64,000 nt of DNA from an uncultured bacterium (GCA_949285875.1 CASDZZ010000002.1:1101-65100), one strand, 5' to 3'. Positions 9,398 to 18,942 are shown, numbered from the stretch's first letter. The notes: generated by a model from the letters alone, not told the origin. Translations and numbers: made by a program.

Positions 9398-9718
9398 TAT
9401 AGGTATTCACCTCTTTAATAATTATTTTTTAAATTTTCATAAACATCATCTCCTTTCACGATGCATGCTAACTTACTAATCAATTCTTATTAATCAATTC
9501 TTGTCAAATCATATTTTTTTGCTTTAATTATTCTAAATACCATTATTTTTTATTAATTCTACTAAAGCAGGATAAGATGATGACACCACAATATAAAAAA
9601 AGCCCTTATACAATAAGGATTTGTTATGGTGTCATTCTTATTTTATACTTACAAAATTCATCCTACTTCGCAGGTTAATATAAAGGGTAAATTCTTATTT
9701 TATAAGATATTAAAGCAT

Positions 9719-9766
9719 ATAAAAACATCCTATATTTAATAAATTAATTATTTTTGTAGGATGTTT
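9719..9766 (-). terminator. terminator after the Fic gene
   Basis: aacatccta...taggatgtt 9-bp stem followed by a T-run on the minus strand. Confidence 0.5.
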
Positions 9767-9772
9767 AATTTT

Positions 9773-10543
9773 TTAATTGTTTTCTTCAATTTTAAAATCT
9801 AGTAATTCTTCACACATTTTTTCGTATAAATCTTGTTCATGTCTAATAGTATCAATCAAGAACATTTTATCATTTTCGTATTCTTTTAAACCTCTCATAT
9901 AATAAGGTTTATCATCATCTAATACAATAAATGGCATAATGTTATTTCTTAAACATTCTTTAAACATTATAATTCTACCTACACGACCATTTCCATCTCC
10001 AAATGGATGAATTCTTTCAAATCTAAAATGAAAATCAACTATATCTTCTAAAGTAATACTAATTTTAGAATTATATTCATTTAATAATTCTTCTATTTCT
10101 TTTTCAACATCTTCTGGTGCTGTAGTATTAATAACATTAACTACACCTATTATATTAGGAACAATTTTAAATCCACCAACATTATATCTAGGATTTTCTT
10201 CATCACTAGTATTTCTTTTTAAAATCTTATTCATTTCAATTATCATATCTTCAGTTAATGAGTTATCAACGTTATCTAACATATAATCAAATAATTTAAA
10301 ATGATTTTTAGATTCGATTAAATCATCTAATTTAATTAAATCATCACTTTTAGGAACAAATGAAGATGTATCGAATATTGCTTCGGTTTGATCACTTGTT
10401 AATCTACTACCTTCAATTTTATTTGAATTATAAGCAAAATTAACTTGTGAATAATGATATATATTACCTTTAAATTTAGACTCTTTTTGTTTAATTAATT
10501 CATTTTTAATTTTATTTATATCCATATATTCATTTCTCCTCAT
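9773..10543 (-). CDS. Fic/Doc family protein (Fido), class-II-like with an N-terminal inhibitory motif
   Basis: Core Fic motif HPFGDGNGRVGR. N-terminal SNKIEG matches the inhibitory motif (S/T)xxxE(G/N). Confidence 0.85.
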   Translation of the reverse strand: MRRNEYMDINKIKNELIKQKESKFKGNIYHYSQVNFAYNSNKIEGSRLTSDQTEAIFDTSSFVPKSDDLIKLDDLIESKNHFKLFDYMLDNVDNSLTEDMIIEMNKILKRNTSDEENPRYNVGGFKIVPNIIGVVNVINTTAPEDVEKEIEELLNEYNSKISITLEDIVDFHFRFERIHPFGDGNGRVGRIIMFKECLRNNIMPFIVLDDDKPYYMRGLKEYENDKMFLIDTIRHEQDLYEKMCEELLDFKIEENN

Positions 10544-11016
10544 TTTATATTATTTAAACGTTTTAATATTTTATAACTATTTTCTAATCTATCTCTTTCT
10601 GATTTAAAATCTTCCATATCATTAGTTAATATATAACCACCTGTTTCTATAAATTCTTGATTATAATTACTTGCTAAAGAAATCCATTTTTCTGCATCAG
10701 AATGAGATAAGTGCACCATTTCCAGACATTCTAGTTCATCATCATACAAGCCAAACCAATTTTCATCATAAGGTCTATCATCGATATAAATAATATCTCC
10801 AAAGATTGATAGCATTAAATCTTTAAAATTTTTATATGTTAAGCTCTGTTCATCTTTTGAAAAAATGTCTGTTTTATAACCATAATTGCTAAAAAGTTCA
10901 TTCAATTTTGGAACTATTTCATTAATATGATTTTCATTGAATTCTATCATAGAGGTAGTTCCATAATGATAAACGTTAGCTATCATTATTCTAATTATTA
11001 ATTCTATTTCACTCAT
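10540..11016 (-). CDS. hypothetical protein translationally coupled to Fic; possible antitoxin or immunity partner
   Basis: Its stop overlaps the Fic start as ATGA. 158-aa acidic protein with no clear motif. Confidence 0.5.
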   Translation of the reverse strand: MSEIELIIRIMIANVYHYGTTSMIEFNENHINEIVPKLNELFSNYGYKTDIFSKDEQSLTYKNFKDLMLSIFGDIIYIDDRPYDENWFGLYDDELECLEMVHLSHSDAEKWISLASNYNQEFIETGGYILTNDMEDFKSERDRLENSYKILKRLNNIK

Positions 11017-11133
11017 TTATCATCACCTGATTCGATATCTATTAAAATTATACCATATAATAAGACATTTTTTATCAATATGTCTTTCATTTGTACTTAT
11101 TTTCTCTTAATTTATTTAGTCTATCATAAATTA

Positions 11134-11286
11134 TCACACTTGTTCAACAGTATGACAAATATCTCTAGTTACACATTTTTCTATTGTTGGTTCTATAACT
11201 GGATTACAAGGAAATTCTGTTGGACACTTGTTTTCACAGCAGCAGTCATTCATTTGAAAACCGCCAAACTTATTATTAAAAAACAT
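11134..11286 (-). CDS. Cys-rich small protein (50 aa, MFFNNKFGGFQMNDCCCENKCPTEFPCNPVIEPTIEKCVTRDICHTVEQV)
   Basis: GGGGGA RBS 6 nt upstream. Lies directly downstream of ffh with no intervening terminator. The strand-opposite 77-aa ORF 11080..11313 is less plausible. Confidence 0.45.
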   Translation of the reverse strand: MFFNNKFGGFQMNDCCCENKCPTEFPCNPVIEPTIEKCVTRDICHTVEQV

Positions 11287-11358
11287 TTAAAATCCCCCTT
11301 ACCTACTTTATAGTATGAGAATTTTAAATGTTTGAATAGGTTTTCACCTCATAAATAA

Positions 11359-12666
11359 TTAAAAAGGCATTTTAAAATTTCCGTTTTTCATCATCTTCAT
11401 CATTTTCTTCATTTGCTCGAACTGTGTTAAAAGGCGATTAACTTCTTGAACAGTAGTTCCACTTCCACTTGCTATTCTTTGTTTTCTAGAAGCCTTTATT
11501 ATATCAGGGTTTCTTCTTTCTTTAATAGTCATAGAAGAAATAATAGCTTCTAACCTACTAAATTGCTTAGGGTCTATACTTATGTTATTAAGTCCCATTT
11601 TTCTAGCTCCTGGAAGTAACTTTAATAAATTTTCTAATGGTCCTAGCTTCTTAATTTGCTTTAGTTGTGATAAAAAGTCTTCTAAATCAAACTTACCTTG
11701 CTGCATCTTTTTAACGGTAGACATCGCTTCTTTTTCATCAATTACACTTTCTGCTTTTTCAATGATTGACATTATATCTCCGTTACCTAATATTCTAGAT
11801 ACCATTCTTTCTGGATCAAATGAATCTAATCCATCTAATTTTTCACTAGTACCTATAAACTTAATTGGAACACCGGTTAAATGCTTAGCTGATAAAGCAA
11901 CTCCGCCCTTAGTATCACCGTCCATTTTAGTTAAAATAGTACCTGTTAGAGGAAGAGCTTCGTTAAAACCTTTTATAACGTTAATTGCATCTTGACCTAT
12001 CATAGCATCAATAATAAGAATTATTTCGTTAGGATTTACAGATTCTCTTATTTCTTTTAATTCATCCATTAATTTTTCATCTACGTGCAATCTACCTGCC
12101 GTATCAACTAAAATTAAATCATAGCCTTTTTCTTTAGCATAATTAACACCATTTTTAACTATTTCTACCGCGTTTTTTTGACCTTCTTCATATACTTCTA
12201 TATTAAGTTCTTTACCTAAGGTTTTAAGCTGCTCTATTGCTGCAGGGCGGTATACATCAGCCGCTATAAACATAGGCTTTTTGCTTTTTTTCTTCCTAAG
12301 TAAGTTTCCTAACTTTCCTATTGTTGTAGTTTTACCTGAACCTTGAAGACCTACTAACATAACGATAGAAGGATTTTTAGATAAATCTATTTCAGCTTTT
12401 TCGTTACCTAGTAAAGCTAGAAGTTCATCTTTTAATATTTTTAAGAATACTTCACCTGGTTTTAAACTTTTCTTAACTTCTTCTCCTAAAGCTTTTTCTT
12501 TAACTTTGTTAGTAAATTCTTTGACAACTTTATAGTTAACATCAGCTTCTAGTAAAGCAAGTCTTACGTCACGCATTGCATCACTTATATTATCTTCGGT
12601 TATTCTTCCATAACCCTTAATCTTACTTACCGCGTTTTCTAATTTTTCTGTTAAACTTTCAAACAT
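11359..12666 (-). CDS. ffh: signal recognition particle protein Ffh
   Basis: GLQGSGKTTT P-loop, SRP54 N/G domains, Met-rich C-terminus. Confidence 0.95.
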   Translation of the reverse strand: MFESLTEKLENAVSKIKGYGRITEDNISDAMRDVRLALLEADVNYKVVKEFTNKVKEKALGEEVKKSLKPGEVFLKILKDELLALLGNEKAEIDLSKNPSIVMLVGLQGSGKTTTIGKLGNLLRKKKSKKPMFIAADVYRPAAIEQLKTLGKELNIEVYEEGQKNAVEIVKNGVNYAKEKGYDLILVDTAGRLHVDEKLMDELKEIRESVNPNEIILIIDAMIGQDAINVIKGFNEALPLTGTILTKMDGDTKGGVALSAKHLTGVPIKFIGTSEKLDGLDSFDPERMVSRILGNGDIMSIIEKAESVIDEKEAMSTVKKMQQGKFDLEDFLSQLKQIKKLGPLENLLKLLPGARKMGLNNISIDPKQFSRLEAIISSMTIKERRNPDIIKASRKQRIASGSGTTVQEVNRLLTQFEQMKKMMKMMKNGNFKMPF

Positions 12667-12680
12667 ATTATCACCTTTTA

Positions 12681-12977
12681 CTATTCAAATATTTTAAGTA
12701 ATTCTTCTTTTACCTTTGAATCATCAATTTTATTTATTACTTCTTTTAGTTTTTTATCTTTTTCCCAAAGTTTTAGCTTTTCTTCATAAAAAAGAAGCTT
12801 ACTTTCCGTACTTTTTATGTGCTTATGAACTGCATTTCTACTAATTTCATTATTTTCTGCTATTTCTCCTAAAGATAAATTATCAAAGTAATAATCTTCA
12901 AAATATTTCTTATTATCTTCACTTAATAATTCACCATAATAATCAAATAATATAATTAAATAATCCCTATTTTCCAT
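12681..12977 (-). CDS. ylxM: UPF0122 putative helix-turn-helix protein YlxM
   Basis: Conserved position between ftsY and ffh. LSLGEIAE...ISRNAVHKHI helix-turn-helix. Confidence 0.8.
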   Translation of the reverse strand: MENRDYLIILFDYYGELLSEDNKKYFEDYYFDNLSLGEIAENNEISRNAVHKHIKSTESKLLFYEEKLKLWEKDKKLKEVINKIDDSKVKEELLKIFE

Positions 12978-12978
12978 A

Positions 12979-13950
12979 TTACATCATATCCTTAAATAAT
13001 CCATAAATATATTTTTCTATATCAAAAGTTTCTAAGTCTTCCTCTTTTTCTCCTAAACCAATATATCTTACTGGAACACCAACTTCTTCTTTAATAGCTA
13101 GCACGATACCACCTTTAGCGGTTCCGTCTAACTTAGTTAATACTATCCCAGTTAAGTTAGTAATTTCTTTAAAAGCCTTAGCTTGACTTATACCATTTTG
13201 ACCGGTTGTTGCATCAATTACCAAAAACGTTTCGTGAGGTGCTCCTGGAATTATTCTTTCTCCTACTTTATTAATTTTTTCTAGTTCTTTCATTAAATTA
13301 ACCTTATTTTGAAGACGACCTGCGGTATCTATTAAAACCATATCAAAATTTTCTTCCTTAGCTTTTTCTAAACCTTTATAAACAACGCTTGCTGGATCAG
13401 TTGTATTAAAGTCACTTACAACTTCACATCCTATTTTGTCTCCCCAGGTTATTAACTGTTCTACTGCTCCTGCTCTAAAAGTATCAGCTGCAACTAAAAG
13501 AACCTTTTTTCCTTCCTTTTTAAACTTAGAAGCAAGCTTCGCTATGGTAGTCGTTTTACCTACCCCGTTAACACCAACAAATAAAAGTACCGTAGGGCCT
13601 TCCATATTATAATTTATTTTATTTGTTAATATTTCTTCATTAACGTAAATAATAAATAATTCATCTACTATTATTTCCGTTAACATCTTAGGATCAGTTA
13701 TTTTTTCTTTTAACACCCTAACTTGTAATTTATCCATGAACTCCATTACGGTATTAACACCAATATCCGCATTAATTAATAATTCTTCTAATTCCTCAAA
13801 ATAATTATCATTTATCTCTTCGTATTCTTTAGATAAATTAGCTAGCTTATTAACAAAACTTTTTCTTGTTTTAGAAAGACCTTTTTCATAAGTATTAACA
13901 CTTTTATCTTCTTTTTTAAATACATTCTTAAGTTTATCAAATAAACCCAT
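12979..13950 (-). CDS. ftsY: signal recognition particle receptor FtsY (short form)
   Basis: GVNGVGKTTT, DTAGR and TKLDG motifs. Confidence 0.9.
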   Translation of the reverse strand: MGLFDKLKNVFKKEDKSVNTYEKGLSKTRKSFVNKLANLSKEYEEINDNYFEELEELLINADIGVNTVMEFMDKLQVRVLKEKITDPKMLTEIIVDELFIIYVNEEILTNKINYNMEGPTVLLFVGVNGVGKTTTIAKLASKFKKEGKKVLLVAADTFRAGAVEQLITWGDKIGCEVVSDFNTTDPASVVYKGLEKAKEENFDMVLIDTAGRLQNKVNLMKELEKINKVGERIIPGAPHETFLVIDATTGQNGISQAKAFKEITNLTGIVLTKLDGTAKGGIVLAIKEEVGVPVRYIGLGEKEEDLETFDIEKYIYGLFKDMM

Positions 13951-13989
13951 TTAAATCACCCATTTATAATTATACTATAAAAAAAAAAA

Positions 13990-14985
13990 CTAATCTAGTT
14001 TCTTTTTTTTAGCAATATCACTAACTTTTTCTTCAAAGTGATAAGATAATTTTCCTTCTGCTACATTATTTATAAAATTATCAAGTTTTTTTTGATACCC
14101 GTCTAAACTCTTTCTTAGAACAGCATTCAAAAATAAACTTAAATCTTTAAAGCCATGCTCATTTTTTAAACTAACAATTTTATCCATATTTTTATTTTTA
14201 TAAAAAGCTACTAATATTTTACCAATTTCATTATCATTAAGAACATTAAACTGACTATTTTTATCAATGAGTTCATCTAATAAAAAATATTCTTTAGCGT
14301 TTTTTCCTCTTATCATCTTATCTTTAAAAGAATTTTTATAAAAAATAATCTCAAAAAGATCAGTTGGATAAATATATCTTTCTCCGTTTTTAATTACTGC
14401 GTCATTAATTTTTGCTATTTTATCAACAGCTTCCATGCCATAAACATTATATACATTAACAAGCAACAAATAAGCTTCTATATAATATTTAAAACTTTTT
14501 AATTCATTTTCAAACTTTTCAGTAAATAAAAACGTATAAGAAATTTCTTTATATAATTCTTTAAATTCTAATGGTATATCAGCGCATATATAACTTTCAG
14601 GAAAAAAATTACTAATCTTTTCTAAAAGTTTTTTATCTGTCATGAGTTCATCTAAAAATTTATCTTTAGCATATTTAGCTATAACTTCTTTTGGAGCAGA
14701 TTTATTTAAAAACGCACTTGGGCAAATTTTATTAAAAAGAAAGGCTAGATTTTCTTTTAAAACATTTAATTTCTTAGCAAGTTTTAAATAGTCTTCCTTT
14801 TTACTTAACAAATCATTACCATCCATCTTACTAAATTTTATAAATTCTTGTTCTAACATAAAAAAGTCAATAGCTTCTTGGCAAAATTTTATTTCTATTT
14901 TGTCTTTATCTGTAAGTTTTTCTTTACTTTTTAACAAATCCAAATTAGTTACTAAAATTAATTTTATAATATCTTCATAAGTCAT
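13990..14985 (-). CDS. hypothetical protein
   Basis: 331-aa helical ORF with no motif. Confidence 0.5.
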   Translation of the reverse strand: MTYEDIIKLILVTNLDLLKSKEKLTDKDKIEIKFCQEAIDFFMLEQEFIKFSKMDGNDLLSKKEDYLKLAKKLNVLKENLAFLFNKICPSAFLNKSAPKEVIAKYAKDKFLDELMTDKKLLEKISNFFPESYICADIPLEFKELYKEISYTFLFTEKFENELKSFKYYIEAYLLLVNVYNVYGMEAVDKIAKINDAVIKNGERYIYPTDLFEIIFYKNSFKDKMIRGKNAKEYFLLDELIDKNSQFNVLNDNEIGKILVAFYKNKNMDKIVSLKNEHGFKDLSLFLNAVLRKSLDGYQKKLDNFINNVAEGKLSYHFEEKVSDIAKKKKLD

Positions 14986-15109
14986 AAAGTCCCCCTAAAA
15001 TATGCTTCATATTATAACAAACAATAGACAAAAAATCAAAAAAATAGTATAATCTTTTTGTTAATTCTTTTTTAATTGTTAAATTGAAGAAAGGAGAAAT
15101 TAATTTTTA

Positions 15110-16789
15110 ATGAAAATTTTTGAAACAAACCGTGCCGAAACTTTAGTATTTGCTTTAGGGGGATTGGGTGAAGTTGGTAAAAATATGTATGTTATAATGC
15201 ACGGTGATGAAATTATAATTATTGACGCTGGTGTTATGTTCCCTAAAGATGAACTTTTGGGTATAGATTACGTTATACCAGATTTTACTTTTTTAAAAAA
15301 GAATGAAAGCAAAATAAAAGCTTTATTTATAACCCATGGTCATGAAGATCATATTGGAGGAATTGCTTTCTTGTTACAAACAGTAAATATTCCTGTTATT
15401 TATGCACCAAACCAAGCTTGTGGTTTGATTAAAAGAAAGTTAATAGACAGAAATATTAGCTATGACAATTTAAAGGTTTATAATGAAGATACAAAAATTA
15501 AATTCAAACATTTTACCGTTGAATTTTTCTCTACAACACATTCTATTCCTGATTCACACGGAATAATAATAAATACTCCAAACGGAAAAATTGTTGAGAC
15601 TGGTGATTTTAAATTTGATTTGACCCCTATTGGTCCTATGTCAAATATTCATAAAATGTCTGATACTGGAAAATCTGGAGTAAGATTACTTTTAAGTGAA
15701 TCAACAAATGCACTTTCAAAAGGTTTTTCAATGAGTGAATCAAAAGTTGAAGAAGAATTAGGAGAAATATTTGAAAAGAAAAATGGAAGAATAATAATCG
15801 CTACTTTTGCTTCTAATATATATAGATTAAAACATATTGTAGAAACTTGTAAAAAGAATAACAGAAAAATAGCTTTGTTTGGAAGAAGTATGGAAAATAA
15901 TATTGAGATTTCAATTGAAGGTGGATATATAAAAGATGATAAAATATTTGTTTCACCAGAAGTTGCAAATACCTTACCTCCAGAAGAAGTTTGCTTATTA
16001 TGCACAGGGTCCCAAGGAGAACCTTTAGCAGCTCTTTCTAGAATAGCTAATGGTACCCATAAACAAATAAAATTAAGACCTACTGATACCGTAATATTTT
16101 CTTCTAATCCAATTCCTGGTAATAATGCTAGTGTTTCAAAAACTATTAATGCCTTATATTTACAAGGAGTAGAAGTTTTTGTAAACAATTCAGAAAATGA
16201 AATTCATACTTCAGGACATGCTAATGAAGAAGAATTAAAACTAATGATCAGACTTATTGATCCAGAATACTTTATGCCTATTCATGGTGAATATAGAATG
16301 CTTAAGGCTCATACAGATATTGCAATAGATTGTGGTATTCCTAAGGAAAAAACATTTATAATGCAAAATGGTGATGTACTAGCTATGAATAAAAAAGAAA
16401 TTAAAAAAGTTGGCAATATTGGAGCAGATGATGTATATGTTGACGGAAACAGAATTGGTGATATAGGAAATGTAGTCATCCGTGATAGAAAAATCATGGC
16501 AAACGATGGAATTTTAGTTGCAATATGCAATATCAATATGACTTCACATAAATTATTTGGTAAAGTAAATATAACAACAAGAGGATTTATTCTGGTAAAT
16601 GAAAATGAAGAATTATTAAATAAAATAGAAAATATAGCTACAAAAACAATAAATAAAGAATTAGCAAAAAAAGTAGTAAATTATAATGATTTAAAAAGTC
16701 AAATAATAGCAGATTTACTTACTTTCGTATTTGAAGAAACTGGTCGTAGACCTATTATCTTACCAGTAATTTTAGACATAAAAAAATAA
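15110..16789 (+). CDS. rnj: ribonuclease J
   Basis: Metallo-beta-lactamase HGHEDHIGG motif, beta-CASP architecture, 559 aa. Confidence 0.9.
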   Translation: MKIFETNRAETLVFALGGLGEVGKNMYVIMHGDEIIIIDAGVMFPKDELLGIDYVIPDFTFLKKNESKIKALFITHGHEDHIGGIAFLLQTVNIPVIYAPNQACGLIKRKLIDRNISYDNLKVYNEDTKIKFKHFTVEFFSTTHSIPDSHGIIINTPNGKIVETGDFKFDLTPIGPMSNIHKMSDTGKSGVRLLLSESTNALSKGFSMSESKVEEELGEIFEKKNGRIIIATFASNIYRLKHIVETCKKNNRKIALFGRSMENNIEISIEGGYIKDDKIFVSPEVANTLPPEEVCLLCTGSQGEPLAALSRIANGTHKQIKLRPTDTVIFSSNPIPGNNASVSKTINALYLQGVEVFVNNSENEIHTSGHANEEELKLMIRLIDPEYFMPIHGEYRMLKAHTDIAIDCGIPKEKTFIMQNGDVLAMNKKEIKKVGNIGADDVYVDGNRIGDIGNVVIRDRKIMANDGILVAICNINMTSHKLFGKVNITTRGFILVNENEELLNKIENIATKTINKELAKKVVNYNDLKSQIIADLLTFVFEETGRRPIILPVILDIKK

Positions 16790-16812
16790 GCAATTACCGC
16801 TTATTTTTTTAT
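16790..16812. terminator. bidirectional terminator between rnj and the histidine kinase
   Basis: aataagc-aattacc-gcttatt hairpin with flanking A-run and T-run. Confidence 0.45.
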
Positions 16813-18231
16813 TTTTATTATAAAAGTTACTCCATCTTTTTCATTTTTGCAAGAACATATCCCTTCGTGTAAATTTACAATAGCTTTTACAATAGTTAGA
16901 CCAAGTCCGGTACCCTCCTTATTTCTAGCGCTTTTATCTTTATAATAAGAATTAAAAATATTTTCTAGATCTTCCTGTTTTATATTATCTCCAGTATTAT
17001 AAACCTCATAAGTATAATAATTATCCAAAATATAAGATTTAATTTTAATTTCTTTTTTACCTTTTGTAAATTTAATTGCATTTGTCAAAATATTTTCTAT
17101 AACTCTAGAAATTAACTTTCGGTCTCCATTAAGTTCTTGATTTCCAATAAATTCTGTTTTTAAATTAATTTTCTTATCTTGAATTCTAACATTTAATTTT
17201 TTTATTTCAAGTGAAATTAATTCTTCCATATTTATAACTTCTTTATTTAAAACTACATTGCCACTTTCTAATCTAGATAAATCTAAAAACTCATGAACTA
17301 ACTCACTTAACTTATCAGTTTCGTTCAAAATTAATTCAATATTTTCCTTATCTTCATTACTCTTTAAAGATCCCATTAAAAGCTGACTATAACCTGAAAT
17401 TATAGTAAGAGGTGTTTTAAATTCATGTGAGATATTTGCAATAAGTTGTTTTCTTATCTTATCTTGTTTTTCTTTTTCTAATAAATCTTTTTTTAATTGC
17501 TTGTTAGCACTTTCTAAACTTTTAATACTATTTTGTAATTTACTACTCATCTCATTAACATTGCTAAACAAATCTCCTAATTCATCATTGGTTGTTATCT
17601 CAATTTTTTTATTAAAATTCAAATTAGAAATATCTTCAGTAACTAATTTTACTTCGTTTATTTTTTTACTCAAAAACTTCGAAATAAAATAAGAAAGTAA
17701 AATAAATATTAAAAATGAGAAGAAAGACGTCATAAGCAATACTACTATTGCTGTTTTTGCATCCTTCTTTAAAGACTCAATAGAAGAAGAAATAAGTACA
17801 TATTTATTATCAGTTCTTCCTCCTAAATACAAATCATAACCATTTTGTTCATAGCTTTTTAAGGTAATTATTTTCGTTTCATCATTTTCTAAAGAATTAA
17901 GTAACATAATATCATATTTTGTAAATTCGTTATTTAGTTTGTCATTAAAGATAGAATAAATAACATTTAAATCAGCATCATAAATTTTAATTTTAAGTCC
18001 ATTATTATTTGCTTCATAAATTAAATCTATCAATTTGTTTTCATCATAAATATTATTTTTTATAAGTTGATATTCCTTTTTTAACTCTCTTTTTTCTAAA
18101 CCAACATAAATATTATTAATAGATAATTTAACTATAAAAATATTTATAACTATACTTAAAATAGCAAATAAACCTACCATAATAAATATTTTGGTTTTTA
18201 TAGAAATTCTTTTTTTATTTAATAAAGACAT
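16801..18231 (-). CDS. sensor histidine kinase (membrane, HisKA + HATPase_c)
   Basis: H-box ISHEFKTPL; G-box GTGLGLTIVK. Confidence 0.9.
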   Translation of the reverse strand: MSLLNKKRISIKTKIFIMVGLFAILSIVINIFIVKLSINNIYVGLEKRELKKEYQLIKNNIYDENKLIDLIYEANNNGLKIKIYDADLNVIYSIFNDKLNNEFTKYDIMLLNSLENDETKIITLKSYEQNGYDLYLGGRTDNKYVLISSSIESLKKDAKTAIVVLLMTSFFSFLIFILLSYFISKFLSKKINEVKLVTEDISNLNFNKKIEITTNDELGDLFSNVNEMSSKLQNSIKSLESANKQLKKDLLEKEKQDKIRKQLIANISHEFKTPLTIISGYSQLLMGSLKSNEDKENIELILNETDKLSELVHEFLDLSRLESGNVVLNKEVINMEELISLEIKKLNVRIQDKKINLKTEFIGNQELNGDRKLISRVIENILTNAIKFTKGKKEIKIKSYILDNYYTYEVYNTGDNIKQEDLENIFNSYYKDKSARNKEGTGLGLTIVKAIVNLHEGICSCKNEKDGVTFIIKIKK

Positions 18232-18859
18232 AACCTGTACCTGAATAAGTTTTTATATATTTCTTTTCTTCATCTATTTTTTTTCTTATTCTTTTTATAT
18301 TTGTATCAACTACCCTATCATCACCAAAGTAATCTATTCCCCATACTCTATTTAAAATTTGATCACGAGTTAAGACAACATTAGGATTTTCAAAAAAATA
18401 TTCTAATATCAAATATTCTTTTTTAGTTAGTTCAATAACCCTTCCATTTTTCATTACACATCTTTGTTCTGGTAATAACTCAATTGGATTTTCCCTCTCA
18501 AAATAAGTTAACTTTTTGATTCTTAGCATCAAAACTTCTAAATTAAAAGGTTTTGTGATAAAATCGTTAGCACCAACTTCTAAACCTTCTATCTCATCTT
18601 CATCTTGATTTTTAGCTGTTAACATTATGATAGGAACTTTACTAATTTTTCTAATTTCTCTAGTACAAGCTATTCCATCCATTTCTGGCATCATAATATC
18701 CATAATTATTAAGTCAATACTATACTTATGTTTTTCAAATATTTCTAAAGCTTGTTTTCCATTTTCAGCTTCAATACATTTAATATCAAACTTACTTAAA
18801 TATTTATTAATTATTGTTCTTATATTTTTTTCATCTTCTACAATTAATATTTTTAACAT
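18215..18859 (-). CDS. response regulator, OmpR/PhoB family
   Basis: Receiver domain (DLIIMDIMMP) plus winged-helix output (LTKKEYLILEYF). Overlaps the kinase gene by 17 nt. Confidence 0.9.
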   Translation of the reverse strand: MLKILIVEDEKNIRTIINKYLSKFDIKCIEAENGKQALEIFEKHKYSIDLIIMDIMMPEMDGIACTREIRKISKVPIIMLTAKNQDEDEIEGLEVGANDFITKPFNLEVLMLRIKKLTYFERENPIELLPEQRCVMKNGRVIELTKKEYLILEYFFENPNVVLTRDQILNRVWGIDYFGDDRVVDTNIKRIRKKIDEEKKYIKTYSGTGYVFIK

Positions 18860-18918
18860 AAAAACCTCCTATTAATTGTATTGTATTATAACGCTTTGTT
18901 TAAAATGTGTCAAAATAA

Positions 18919-18942
18919 AAGAATAATCTTGTGATTATTCTT
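18919..18942 (-). terminator. pnp terminator overlapping its stop codon
   Basis: aagaataat-cttgtg-attattctt 9-bp stem; T-run on the minus strand. Confidence 0.55.

Larger units (their letters stand above)
5237..11330. mobile_element. putative integrated element or genomic island; boundaries approximate
   Basis: A serine recombinase sits with non-core genes (SWIM protein, Fic, unknowns) between rpoZ/recX and ffh. The usual ffh-downstream genes rpsP-rimM-trmD-rplS are absent from the window. Confidence 0.35.

Noticed and set aside
11080-11313. 77-aa plus-strand ORF
   Set aside because: No RBS and hydrophobic junk sequence. The antisense Cys-rich 50-aa gene has a strong RBS and sits in operon position after ffh.
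15649-16188. 179-aa ORF antisense to rnj, and similar antisense ORFs (567..764, 2848..3189, 8185..8391, 11582..11995, 16309..16536, 17501..17692, 18627..18875, 19365..19583, 20517..20786, 24519..24758, 27395..27598, 29017..29322, 29817..30050, 30229..30786, 30948..31145, 35545..35880, 41682..42203, 43249..43853, 45077..45268, 47634..47876, 50772..51032, 59626..60438, 60848..61123, 62732..63366)
   Set aside because: Low-complexity Ser/Leu/Phe/Ile-rich translations lying inside well-supported genes on the opposite strand. This is expected noise in an AT-rich genome.
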